Virus record (IMG/VR): IMGVR_UViG_3300038441_001119
Coordinates: 124,001 to 188,000 of that record
Direction: 5' to 3' (one strand)
Length of the DNA: 64,000 nucleotides
The position numbers and the translations under genes were made by a program. The notes below the pieces were generated by a model. That model saw nothing but the letters and a program-made list of their open reading frames with translations, was not told the origin of the DNA and did no database searches. This document shows, in pieces, positions 9,901-17,540 of this stretch. Position 1 is the stretch's first letter; the number at the start of each line of letters is the position of its first letter.

Positions 9901-10322
9901 GAGGCAAAGCGTAGCGAGGTGGCGTCTGGCTTCAAACGTTTAGCCTTTGGTAGAAGCCACTTACACATCGCAGTGAAGTAGCAGTCATCTAGGCTTATTC
10001 CCGATTGCTGGATGAGGTCCTTGAGGACGCTACCAGCGAGACACTTCATGTATTCCGGAGTTTCCTTGATCGGCTTCTCATATCGTTCACCCTGCCGGTA
10101 TTCAACCGCGTCCTCAGACAGTAGGGAGGGCATCACGAACATGATATCTGCAGGGCTTTTACCGTTCCCTGCTACATACAAAACTTCGTCTTTCCTGCGG
10201 GTCGTAGTAATCTTGGCAGGTGGTTCTTCCTCGAAGTTAGGTTGTGTCGGATTGTCAGGGACGTCTGTGCGTGGTCCCTGCTTCTTTTTTTGCTTTCTCT
10301 CAAAGTACTCGTTGAAATCCAT
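6975..10322 (-). CDS. polA: Family A DNA polymerase with N-terminal UDG-like domain and 3'-5' exonuclease
   Basis: Exo I SVDCE; Exo III YAMAD; motif A SDYETAEIR; motif B R...KVGNFSSAYG; motif C LLYDAV; N-terminal YFTAMCK/PKIVVCLGK family-4 UDG pattern. Confidence 0.92.
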   Translation of the reverse strand: MDFNEYFERKQKKKQGPRTDVPDNPTQPNFEEEPPAKITTTRRKDEVLYVAGNGKSPADIMFVMPSLLSEDAVEYRQGERYEKPIKETPEYMKCLAGSVLKDLIQQSGISLDDCYFTAMCKWLLPKAKRLKPDATSLRFASPSFDSEVREVKPKIVVCLGKAVFDFFSPVKYRADDIKAGWFYNKEYDCRFILLDPVHLLASRPDYVEKFRINLFEIRNMYDSIRGFETKRMKTSYHVINNLEQVVDLVTMWAQENHTLISVDCEWGGNNFIDGNLRTIQFCWKEGHACAIRFMDDQRNYVFDASYEKVGQVLGAWLNRKEVKYLGHHYSADAVWMKKWLNLEIYKKCLLDTEFAQQCCNEHADLGLDNLALKYTDLGRYDLPLVIWLKTHPLGHSDGYADIPDDLLLPYAMADVDVVMRAYPYLVQEMERQQLTQYYETIFNPFTTDVFTNFSYEGLPVDMEKLNELRDLYQFAKVELEKRFQVTMTREATHLVVQVCQRVVGDEEEGLALACDYMSDPEGPSLDKLKAAFGTDHVSDAIAIHGHYLNAPEFNIRAPEQMRRWLFDIKQYEPVKSTNKKEQGFPSMDWSKVKNLPKDVRQNYAPSVDKQSLQMFSVTYKDPVLNLLLDFNAVGNAAKAFLKPAEYDDDGELVKENGLHYWIAKDGRVHYNSSVTETARNRCWKPNILNWPSYVNKRIEEGVAALFKSLHKEGELPERWHIYLEKALPSIRSVVTAPEGMLMVESDYETAEIRGLAFISGDQNLIDLVTLPDKQFGFLKSDKKKKNPVRLNYKKDCGIPEENQFDKYILAYPEAKEKGKEKEPTVWVKITEDDLLRDENGNIVHPGKEDLHWSLAEMFKKLPREALDKKKDRDGSGKVGNFSSAYGASGNSLERKIEADTGAKPNPGDGQGILDALQERQPVATAYLEEQQELPKSEDHLRLASGRIRHWLGTHSRKTMDPRVWDALMSAQGRECRNTPLQESVASTSAIAAQNLLHFGITRGLIGRPMVLLYDAVVTLCPIAEVNIWQKAHELFMFRKVVWDYDGRYLNYPIETEINRSWSSGKLDDEALKEITTPKELEHLEDELEAMIGYYKKNMAEAVINKKTRKETTVST

Positions 10323-10336
10323 ATGTGTCTATTTAA

Positions 10337-10618
10337 TCAAGAAGCTGACAAGTTAGGCGCCGGTGGTTGCTCTGACTTGTAGATAGGCTTACGTGAAATG
10401 GTCAGCCAGTCAATTACCGATTCCCATTTCCACGCTGTCTCATCGTCATCATAAACCTGTCGTTGAAATTTCTGGTATTTCTGAACCCTCTCAAATCGCT
10501 CCAACCACACTATGACGAGCCTACCGTCATCGTCATACAACCATCTGGGAAACAGAGCGAAGACATGCTGTGTGCGTGTGTCACCCAGTTTCGGGGGCTT
10601 CTTCAGGTGGAACTTCAT
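10337..10618 (-). CDS. Hypothetical protein
   Basis: FALFPRW...VWLE pattern typical of small phage proteins; start inferred. Confidence 0.6.
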   Translation of the reverse strand: MKFHLKKPPKLGDTRTQHVFALFPRWLYDDDGRLVIVWLERFERVQKYQKFQRQVYDDDETAWKWESVIDWLTISRKPIYKSEQPPAPNLSAS

Positions 10619-10769
10619 CTTGTAAGGTGCGTGGCGCTTTGCGCTCGTGTACAACACCTTCTAGGAAGGCATAGTTGAATGCGCTGATGACGATCTCACT
10701 AGGGATAGCGATACCGGCATCTTTCTTCCACTTTTCTAGGGCAGCTTCTGCTGCATGTTTAATCATCAT
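10581..10769 (-). CDS. Small hypothetical protein
   Basis: 3' part of track ORF 10581..10901; ATG overlaps the upstream gene end. Confidence 0.45.
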   Translation of the reverse strand: MMIKHAAEAALEKWKKDAGIAIPSEIVISAFNYAFLEGVVHERKAPRTLQDEVPPEEAPETG

Positions 10770-10941
10770 CGTCTTCGTCGCCAAACTGTTCTGCATAGTC
10801 TTCTTTCGCGTAGTCGTACCCTTCCCAGTTATCAACTCCTGCGCCTTGTAGACAGAGCAGGAAATTTGAGTCACTGAGGAGAGACTTGTACTCTTCTTCA
10901 CTAATAGTAACAGTTGCCGAGCTTAGTTTTTCTTTTGCCAT
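10759..10941 (-). CDS. Small phage protein (GVDNWEGY family)
   Basis: LLCLQGAGVDNWEGY motif, recurrent in phage small proteins. Confidence 0.7.
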   Translation of the reverse strand: MAKEKLSSATVTISEEEYKSLLSDSNFLLCLQGAGVDNWEGYDYAKEDYAEQFGDEDDDD

Positions 10942-10943
10942 AA

Positions 10944-11327
10944 TTAGAGTTTCATAACGCGGTGGCAGCGGAGGCCGTCGTCGCTCTTACGGAAAGAGAA
11001 CTTGGTATCCGGATTGCGTTTGCTGAAGTATTGAGCTGCTGCCACACAGGCACGTCCTTCTGTAGTAGTGTAGTCTTCTCCTTCCATGAAGAAGCTGTCG
11101 CCAACTTGCATGTTGAGGAAAGGATACTGGTCCATCGAGGCGCGTTTGCGACGAGGGAAGGGGATACCTTTCTCGATCACATATTTCGAAGACGCCAACA
11201 GCACTCCGGTGTCTGCTTCGATTTTGCTGACACTGGTGGTGATCTTCGGATTCCGAACACCGCTGACGGTAGTGGTTTTGATGGAAGTGAAGATTTCCGA
11301 GCTGGTTTTGATATTACGGGTACTCAT
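10944..11327 (-). CDS. Small putative DNA-binding phage protein
   Basis: IEKGIPFP...YPFLNMQVGDSFF...FSFR motif. Confidence 0.7.
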   Translation of the reverse strand: MSTRNIKTSSEIFTSIKTTTVSGVRNPKITTSVSKIEADTGVLLASSKYVIEKGIPFPRRKRASMDQYPFLNMQVGDSFFMEGEDYTTTEGRACVAAAQYFSKRNPDTKFSFRKSDDGLRCHRVMKL

Positions 11328-12526
11328 TTAGATTTAGGCCAATTATTTTTGATAATACTTTCACACTTTTTGTCGCTCATTTCCCCGAAGTCTTTGTATT
11401 TGTCCGGTGGTGCAATGAGGACAACTTGTAGTCCAACACTAGACAGCATTTCAACTGCCTTGGTTACGCTGGCTTTACCAGTATCATCGTTATCCCGTGC
11501 ATAGAACACGAGATCAGTCGACTCTTTGATCTTGGATGCTTGTACATAGGACACTGTGGGACCGCACATAGGGAGACCCTCAAAGCCGAATCTAGCGGCG
11601 TCTAGGGGTCCTTCTGTGAGTACTGCGTGCCTGTCTTTCCGTGGGATATCCTTAATATGTTCTATGTAAGGATCGTAGCCCATCCATATTCCAGACTTAC
11701 TCTGCCCAGTACCATTTTTGTACTTGGATGGAGGCCATTTGAATTTGGCTGGTGTAAGTTCTGGTATGAAGTGAGGTTTTCCCGATTTACCTTTTCCAGT
11801 GGCTACCTTCACCATCTCGTGTTTGTACGGATGGTAATAGTAGATATTTCCTTCATCATCTTCCGCTTCGATCAACCTTGCCTGCCACCCTTTACGGATG
11901 CCATTCATGTAACCGAAGAAAACAACCCGACCCTGTGGAGTATCTTTCCAGTCCTTGATAAGGTATGGATAGTAGACTCCGTTTTCTGTTGTCGGCGTCA
12001 GTTCTGTTTTACAGAACGATGTACGAAACTTGTCGTACAGGAAACCAACATCGTATCCACGGTTTTCCAGATACCACCGGGCCATGTGGTCTGGTTTTAG
12101 ATCCTTGAGAGGTATACACTCGCCGGGTCCAAACGGAAATTTGTTCCCATGCTCGTCCTCTTCAAGGATGTGTTCTTTAGACGTGGAATTTAGAACGAAC
12201 AAGGTGGTGCTAACCTTCTGTTTGAGTCGTGTAGACACGGGCGGCATACCTAGTAGGGTCTTACCCTTGTATCCGGTCCCTTCTTTCATACAGGTTGCAA
12301 CCCATCCCTCTTCTTTCTCGCCGTCCATCTGAGACAACCATTCATCCAAACGGATGGCGAGGTGACGGCTGTTGAGTTCCTTGGACCCATCTTTGCGCAA
12401 GCACTCAGGGCATGGTATGTACAGGACACTACCGGAGCGTTCCTGTTTCATGTGACCATTACCATGAAGTCTGCACAGCGTGGATGCTAGGATCTTCAGC
12501 CGCTGTTGTCTCATGTTCTCGCTCAT
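11324..12526 (-). CDS. dnaG: DnaG-type DNA primase
   Basis: N-terminal Zn finger CPEC...H...C; TOPRIM TEGPLDA and RDNDDTG. Confidence 0.88.
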   Translation of the reverse strand: MSENMRQQRLKILASTLCRLHGNGHMKQERSGSVLYIPCPECLRKDGSKELNSRHLAIRLDEWLSQMDGEKEEGWVATCMKEGTGYKGKTLLGMPPVSTRLKQKVSTTLFVLNSTSKEHILEEDEHGNKFPFGPGECIPLKDLKPDHMARWYLENRGYDVGFLYDKFRTSFCKTELTPTTENGVYYPYLIKDWKDTPQGRVVFFGYMNGIRKGWQARLIEAEDDEGNIYYYHPYKHEMVKVATGKGKSGKPHFIPELTPAKFKWPPSKYKNGTGQSKSGIWMGYDPYIEHIKDIPRKDRHAVLTEGPLDAARFGFEGLPMCGPTVSYVQASKIKESTDLVFYARDNDDTGKASVTKAVEMLSSVGLQVVLIAPPDKYKDFGEMSDKKCESIIKNNWPKSK

Positions 12527-12726
12527 TAACTTCCGTTGTAAGAAATGCTGAAGCTATCAGGCGATCCCATCGAAGAGCTGTAGATGAAATTGTCACCTAG
12601 GGTGATTTCAGACAACTGCTGCTTGAGTTCTCGAATGGTTTCAGCCTGTTCATCAATGACGACCTGCATCCGCAAGATCGCGGACGTCTCGGTCTGTTCT
12701 GCTGTTTTAGGAGTAGTTTGGAACAT
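12526..12726 (-). CDS. Small coiled-coil hypothetical protein
   Basis: TAATG-coupled to primase. Confidence 0.6.
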   Translation of the reverse strand: MFQTTPKTAEQTETSAILRMQVVIDEQAETIRELKQQLSEITLGDNFIYSSSMGSPDSFSISYNGS

Positions 12727-12781
12727 GTATTTGTTGTGCTAGATAAAAACAATGACCACGGGTTTTGCCGACAGAGGGTTA

Positions 12782-12812
12782 GCCAACCCGGAGTATGCCT
12801 CTCCGGGTTGGC
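12782..12812. terminator. Perfect 12-bp hairpin downstream of 12820..13245
   Basis: GCCAACCCGGAG-TATGCCT-CTCCGGGTTGGC. Confidence 0.55.
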
Positions 12813-12819
12813 GTTGGCC

Positions 12820-13245
12820 TCACGCTCCCGCTTTGGAAGCGTTGAGGTATCTTGCGTGCTGGTTGGCAGCGTAAGCACCGGTTCTGTCGATTCTCCAAGC
12901 AGCGATCCCGTGTTTGCGGAGCTGCTTGTAGACTTCGTAAACGGTCTTTCCGGTGATTTCCATCGGGGCGCCGTTCACGTCTTGCGCCATATACTTCCCG
13001 GAGAAACGTTGCGATCCCACCTTTTTACCGCCACGAGTCACGTCAACAACACGGACGGCTGCGGTACGAAGGACGCTGTATTTCGGCGTGGCCTCGCGAT
13101 GGGCTGCTCGTGAAGCTGGGGCCGTTGCGGACCGCAGTTTCCGACGCTTCTCATGGCGAAGTTTGTTGCTGTTGGTGCGTGCCTTCTGGGTGGAATGGCT
13201 GGTGCTTCTCAGGTAACGCTTATGGCGTTTGCTTGCTTGGGGCAT
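12820..13245 (-). CDS. Highly basic hypothetical protein (possibly nucleic-acid binding)
   Basis: K/R/H-rich N-terminus; A/C-rich leader; followed by a hairpin. Confidence 0.65.
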   Translation of the reverse strand: MPQASKRHKRYLRSTSHSTQKARTNSNKLRHEKRRKLRSATAPASRAAHREATPKYSVLRTAAVRVVDVTRGGKKVGSQRFSGKYMAQDVNGAPMEITGKTVYEVYKQLRKHGIAAWRIDRTGAYAANQHARYLNASKAGA

Positions 13246-13277
13246 TGTGTGCTATAGGTGTATGGTTACATAAAACC

Positions 13278-13336
13278 AAGTCCCCCGTCACCACCCGCAA
13301 CGAACAGCGACGGACATTGCAGGTGGATAGGGACTT
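13278..13336 (-). ncRNA. Candidate structured leader RNA
   Basis: AAGUCCC/GGGACUU outer stem; CCACCUGCAA/UUGCGGGUGG inner stem; alternative CCGUCG/UGACGG pairing. Confidence 0.4.
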
Positions 13337-13386
13337 TTCGAACTTGTAGGATATTAGGTTTTTGAGACCTAATACACTATCATGGT

Positions 13387-13396
13387 TATATAGCAC
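13387..13396 (-). promoter_or_regulatory. GTGCTATATA promoter-like motif, copy 1
   Basis: Exact match to 39394..39403; both copies are intergenic at operon heads; resembles an extended -10. Confidence 0.5.
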
Positions 13397-13418
13397 GAAA
13401 CCCCAAGTAGATGCCGAC

Positions 13419-13450
13419 AAAAAGGGGCTGTAGTGAATTACCGCAGCCCC
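13419..13450 (-). terminator. Rho-independent terminator
   Basis: GGGGCTGCGGT-AATTC-ACTACAGCCCC-TTTTT. Confidence 0.8.
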
Positions 13451-13470
13451 AACATCTTTACGTCTTTCTA

Positions 13471-13545
13471 TTAGTAGGTGAAGTTGAACTCCAGTTGAGC
13501 GTTATCAGAGGTGGAGGTCTCGTTCGTGTCGTTTTTAATTTCCAT
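13471..13545 (-). CDS. 24-aa peptide MEIKNDTNETSTSDNAQLEFNFTY
   Basis: Hand-translated; TAA TAG double stop; TTGACT -35 upstream (13580..13585); terminator directly downstream. Confidence 0.6.
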   Translation of the reverse strand: MEIKNDTNETSTSDNAQLEFNFTY

Positions 13546-13701
13546 AGGAGCTGATAGTTTTGCCACATTTTGAGGGTATAGTCAAACAGAGTAGTTTCTC
13601 TAGGTTCCGGCTAAAGTGTTGACTCTGGTTGCATACACTCGGTAGTGACTGATACATATGGACTACTAAGTCCTGTTATGGAGTGTAAAGATGGAAAATT
13701 T

Positions 13702-15195
13702 TTATTTCCTCTCCTCCATTCTCTGCATTCCGAAATTCCGACGGAAGGGGACTGCACCGCCCTTGCCGTATCGACACTTTCCCACGAACAAGATCTGTTC
13801 AGGTAGATACAGCTCAGCCGTACCTCCGGACTCAGAAATGTTCTTATTCTGCATAGCTGACATGCCGATAACGGCAGCTACACCTTTTGCAGGAGCAAAG
13901 GATTCACCCAGATGCTCCTGACTGACGAAGGGTGTGTTGACCCCCTTCCTGTTTGTCTGTGCCAGATAGAGCACACAGATACTATGCTTACGAGCTGCTT
14001 GCAGCAACTGGGAAGCGGCATCTGCATAAACGTGACGGAGCTTGTCTCCTTCATCACTGGTACCCTTGGTGCCGGTCATGGTGTCTAGAGCGCCACCAAG
14101 CCAGTCAAGGATAATGAAGTCAGGAGCTTGCCCCTTGGCCTCCTTGAATTTGGCGATGATGTCCTCGAAAGACTCGTCGACATTGTCTGGAATAGTCCAG
14201 TCAATCATCCACAGGTTTTCGGTCATCTTCTCTTTCATCTCCTTATACTGAGCCTGCTTCTTCGGATCAGGCATGTCTTTCTTCGGATCGAAGTGACCCG
14301 CTATGTTGGACAAGTGCTCCCAGTCATAATGACAACAGTGGGAGATCAGACGTAGCTTGATGGAGGAAGGCGTTTCCTCAGTGGAGATAACTATACCCTT
14401 CAGGTTTTGAAGGATACAAAAGTTGGCGAGCATCTGGATAGTGAACGTGGTTTTACCCACACCAGTGTACGCCAGAACGAGATAGGTATTGGCTTTTCGA
14501 TAACCGCCTCCAAGAGCGCGGTCAAGCGCCTTCATACCAGTAGAAAGGCGCTCAAGGTCGTCCTTGGTTGCAAGCTCGACTTCATCGAATGAGAAAATAG
14601 TCTTCCCTTTTGGAGTATCACTAACATCCAAATCAGAAGCCTGTTTGAGAAGGCGTTTAAGGAGTGCGTTTGGGTTACGCTTGATTTCTCCAGAGTTCTC
14701 AGCTCTGGACATCTCCTTCTCGTACCGTACAGCCGTAAGCCACAGCTTGTACATCCCCGGAATAAGCATCACCGCTCGTTCCGATTTGGAGATCTTGATG
14801 ATCTCCTTCCATTCATTCTCCAGATCAGGAAGATCTCCCGCATTACCCATGTCCGGGTACTTCGAGAAGAAAATCTCACAGATCTGCGCCATGATCTTCC
14901 AATCAGGCGTTGTTACCGCTTTCTTTGATCCATCGACACCGACCAGTACCATGTACATGCGGAATGCCACAAACAGGATGTTCCGCGCCCGGGAATTGAA
15001 GTCCAGATGGAATCGACCATTTGGTTTATCCTGACAGACAAGATCAAGCCACTTCTTATGCTGTCCATAGTCCAAGACCACGGCAGCCATTGCGTTACGT
15101 TCAAACTCGTCCGGGTTGTCGTTGTAAAGTTTCTCGAAGAACGTGGCCGTGATGTCTATGGTCGGAGCAGCTTGCTTCGTATTAATGTGCGTCAT
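13702..15195 (-). CDS. dnaB: DnaB-like replicative helicase
   Basis: TGMKALDRALGGG; Walker A AYTGVGKTT; STEE; IILDW; LAQTNR; KCRYG. Confidence 0.9.
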   Translation of the reverse strand: MTHINTKQAAPTIDITATFFEKLYNDNPDEFERNAMAAVVLDYGQHKKWLDLVCQDKPNGRFHLDFNSRARNILFVAFRMYMVLVGVDGSKKAVTTPDWKIMAQICEIFFSKYPDMGNAGDLPDLENEWKEIIKISKSERAVMLIPGMYKLWLTAVRYEKEMSRAENSGEIKRNPNALLKRLLKQASDLDVSDTPKGKTIFSFDEVELATKDDLERLSTGMKALDRALGGGYRKANTYLVLAYTGVGKTTFTIQMLANFCILQNLKGIVISTEETPSSIKLRLISHCCHYDWEHLSNIAGHFDPKKDMPDPKKQAQYKEMKEKMTENLWMIDWTIPDNVDESFEDIIAKFKEAKGQAPDFIILDWLGGALDTMTGTKGTSDEGDKLRHVYADAASQLLQAARKHSICVLYLAQTNRKGVNTPFVSQEHLGESFAPAKGVAAVIGMSAMQNKNISESGGTAELYLPEQILFVGKCRYGKGGAVPFRRNFGMQRMEERK

Positions 15196-15871
15196 CTTCT
15201 TCTGCCTTCTTCGTCAAATTGTTATAGCTTTTACGGACATCCTCGACGGTTATTCCGGCGATTTCTTCCAAAGCGATGGGACGATAGTTTGATGCATCCA
15301 GCCAGTCAAGTGCCTCCTTACCATACTCTCTCATAATCCTTGCGGACTGAGGTAGAACAGCTACACGAGTCACTGCCATACAATCAAGTAGAACAGATCC
15401 GACCACCTTCTCTTTTTCTTCCATGTGGGAAGCCGAGAAAGGGTCCAGCTTACGAGCTTGCATACAGCTGAAGACTGTCTGTATATCAAATGCCAATTCA
15501 AGACTGTCCGGATTGGCGCAGTCTGCGATACTCAATTCAAAGATATCCAAGGCTTTAACATACTCGTCCCAACAGTTGTTGACGAACGATGCAGATTTCA
15601 GCTGGTTCTTGAATAGCTTCCTAGCCGCGTAGGGGTTTGAGTGTTGTCGTAATACCGATTGCTTGAAAACAGCACGAGTTACAAATGACGGGGGTGCTCC
15701 GATCTCCTTGCAGATAGCAGCAAATGTAGCCCACTCTGAGGGCACTTCACCACACTGACGACCCGGATCACCGTCGCGTTTTACTTCGTTAGCCCATGCG
15801 GCTTCGCAAGCCTCCCAAGCAGGATTTTTCTTCTTGGGTCTATCCTCTTCATAAAAGAATTCTTCACTCAT
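15182..15871 (-). CDS. Hypothetical protein (possibly helicase-associated)
   Basis: Directly upstream of dnaB; start MSEEFF inferred. Confidence 0.7.
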   Translation of the reverse strand: MSEEFFYEEDRPKKKNPAWEACEAAWANEVKRDGDPGRQCGEVPSEWATFAAICKEIGAPPSFVTRAVFKQSVLRQHSNPYAARKLFKNQLKSASFVNNCWDEYVKALDIFELSIADCANPDSLELAFDIQTVFSCMQARKLDPFSASHMEEKEKVVGSVLLDCMAVTRVAVLPQSARIMREYGKEALDWLDASNYRPIALEEIAGITVEDVRKSYNNLTKKAEEDDAH

Positions 15872-16043
15872 CTTCTTGAAACTCCTTACCACAGGAACGA
15901 CACACATCGTTTGGCTTCGCTGTTACAACTTTATGAACCCATAAACACGGATCGTGGTCCGGCATATTTGGGTCTGAAGTTTCCTCGTAACAATGAGGAC
16001 ATATGAACGTGTCATCCTCGGTAAGATAAAGTGTCTTATTCAT
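15864..16043 (-). CDS. 59-aa zinc-ribbon protein
   Basis: Hand-translated MNKTLYLTEDDTFICPHC...CRSCGKEFQEDE; overlaps both neighbours; fills the gap. Confidence 0.7.
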   Translation of the reverse strand: MNKTLYLTEDDTFICPHCYEETSDPNMPDHDPCLWVHKVVTAKPNDVCRSCGKEFQEDE

Positions 16044-17524
16044 TTTGCTGTGTTCTTTTTGACCAGCTCTTGCATTTTGACAATAAGCTCGTCTCTAGTG
16101 TTCACCCAGTGAATGTTGTACCCTTTTTCCTTGTAGATAGCATAGCGATTATTTGAATCCCTCGCGAGATTGTTGTAGGCACTTTGCGGTCTTGAGTCAT
16201 CAAATGGGAACATGAAATCCACCATGATTCCGGTGACTTTACCTGTGCCCGGCCGGATCTCCGCGAGACGACCGGGTTTCTGGACTGCGTTGGTGTAGGG
16301 GCCGCCTCCTGAGAGGTTGACCACAACACGAACATCGCTGAAGGTGACTCCCTGTGAATAGATGTCAGACGCAAGACAACGTTTGAGCACATTGTCTTTC
16401 ATCATCTCAGTCAACTCATAGCGTTCGTCGCCTTTGAGGAGCTTGTCCATCGCGATAAGCGGGTTGCCTCTCGTGATGAAATCCTTCTGGTACTTGGCCT
16501 GCTTCTCATTCTTGATGAACATCAGCGTCTGCCAGTCCTGCGGGATAAGCTCGTCGCAAATATGCCCTGTTATTCCACCCACGACGGGGTTTTGGAACAG
16601 GTACTTGCGTATGGCAGCATCTCTGTTGGCAGGACACTGCCCCTTGTCTGCCGGATCAACTACGACCAGCACGACATCCAACTGACAAATCGCCCCCTCC
16701 TTAACCGCCTCTTGATAAGTGCGGTTAACAAGAACGGGTCCGAGCAGTCCCTCGATCAATGGGTCCTTCCCATCGAATCTACCTGTAAGGGACGCGCCGT
16801 ACCCGTAACGCAATGCACGACTGAAGGCCCTCATATAGGGAATGCGGGAGTCTGTTACGCATGCGTGTGGTTCGTCTACAAGCAGTAGTTTGGTCTTGGA
16901 GAAGCTACACTTATCCAAGCTATCCATACTGCAAACAGTGACATCATCGGACTGGAAGCGAGTCTTTGAACCCGCTCCAATCAGTTTGACTTCCCGATCA
17001 GGAAGCCATTGGAGTGCAGCTTCATACATCTGGATCACTAGATCCTTGCCGGGAGCCGTCATCACCGTAGTGGTGTGCGGCATTGCCCGGACTGTGTTGT
17101 ATATGAGAGCACTCTTTCCATAGCGTGTCGGTGCTCCGATGAGACCACTCTGACGTCGCTTCAGTGCTTTCGTCAGAAGGTCACCTTGGGAGAATCTGAA
17201 GCCGTACATTTTAGAAAGGTCCAGCGCCGGTAGAGCCTCGCGCTGATCATGTACTTCAATCATAACCTCGTTTTCCACGGCCCACATCATTACCCGCTCA
17301 ATGAAGCCTTGGTCTGTCTGGATGGTTCTATAAGGTTTTTCCTTAAGAACCTCAAACAGCTCGTGCTTGACCCTACGGGTAATGCGTTTCCATGGACACT
17401 TGGGGTCCTGTACCAGCTCTTTCACATAGATCGTGAGAGCTTCCTTTTCCAGCTTCTTGGCACTATTGACAACAGTAAGAGTGTCAGTAGTCCATATCAA
17501 ATGCATCTTTCCTTTTTTATCCAT
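16040..17524 (-). CDS. Superfamily 2 helicase (UvsW-like)
   Basis: APTRYGKS, DEPH, SQGVTF, QKPGR motifs. Confidence 0.88.
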   Translation of the reverse strand: MDKKGKMHLIWTTDTLTVVNSAKKLEKEALTIYVKELVQDPKCPWKRITRRVKHELFEVLKEKPYRTIQTDQGFIERVMMWAVENEVMIEVHDQREALPALDLSKMYGFRFSQGDLLTKALKRRQSGLIGAPTRYGKSALIYNTVRAMPHTTTVMTAPGKDLVIQMYEAALQWLPDREVKLIGAGSKTRFQSDDVTVCSMDSLDKCSFSKTKLLLVDEPHACVTDSRIPYMRAFSRALRYGYGASLTGRFDGKDPLIEGLLGPVLVNRTYQEAVKEGAICQLDVVLVVVDPADKGQCPANRDAAIRKYLFQNPVVGGITGHICDELIPQDWQTLMFIKNEKQAKYQKDFITRGNPLIAMDKLLKGDERYELTEMMKDNVLKRCLASDIYSQGVTFSDVRVVVNLSGGGPYTNAVQKPGRLAEIRPGTGKVTGIMVDFMFPFDDSRPQSAYNNLARDSNNRYAIYKEKGYNIHWVNTRDELIVKMQELVKKNTAK

Positions 17525-17540
17525 TCAACAAAGGTTCTTC

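Noticed and set aside
13586-13701. tRNA or replication origin in the dnaB-primase intergenic region
   Set aside because: No cloverleaf or T-loop consensus, iterons or marked AT-rich unwinding element is visible; an origin cannot be supported from sequence alone
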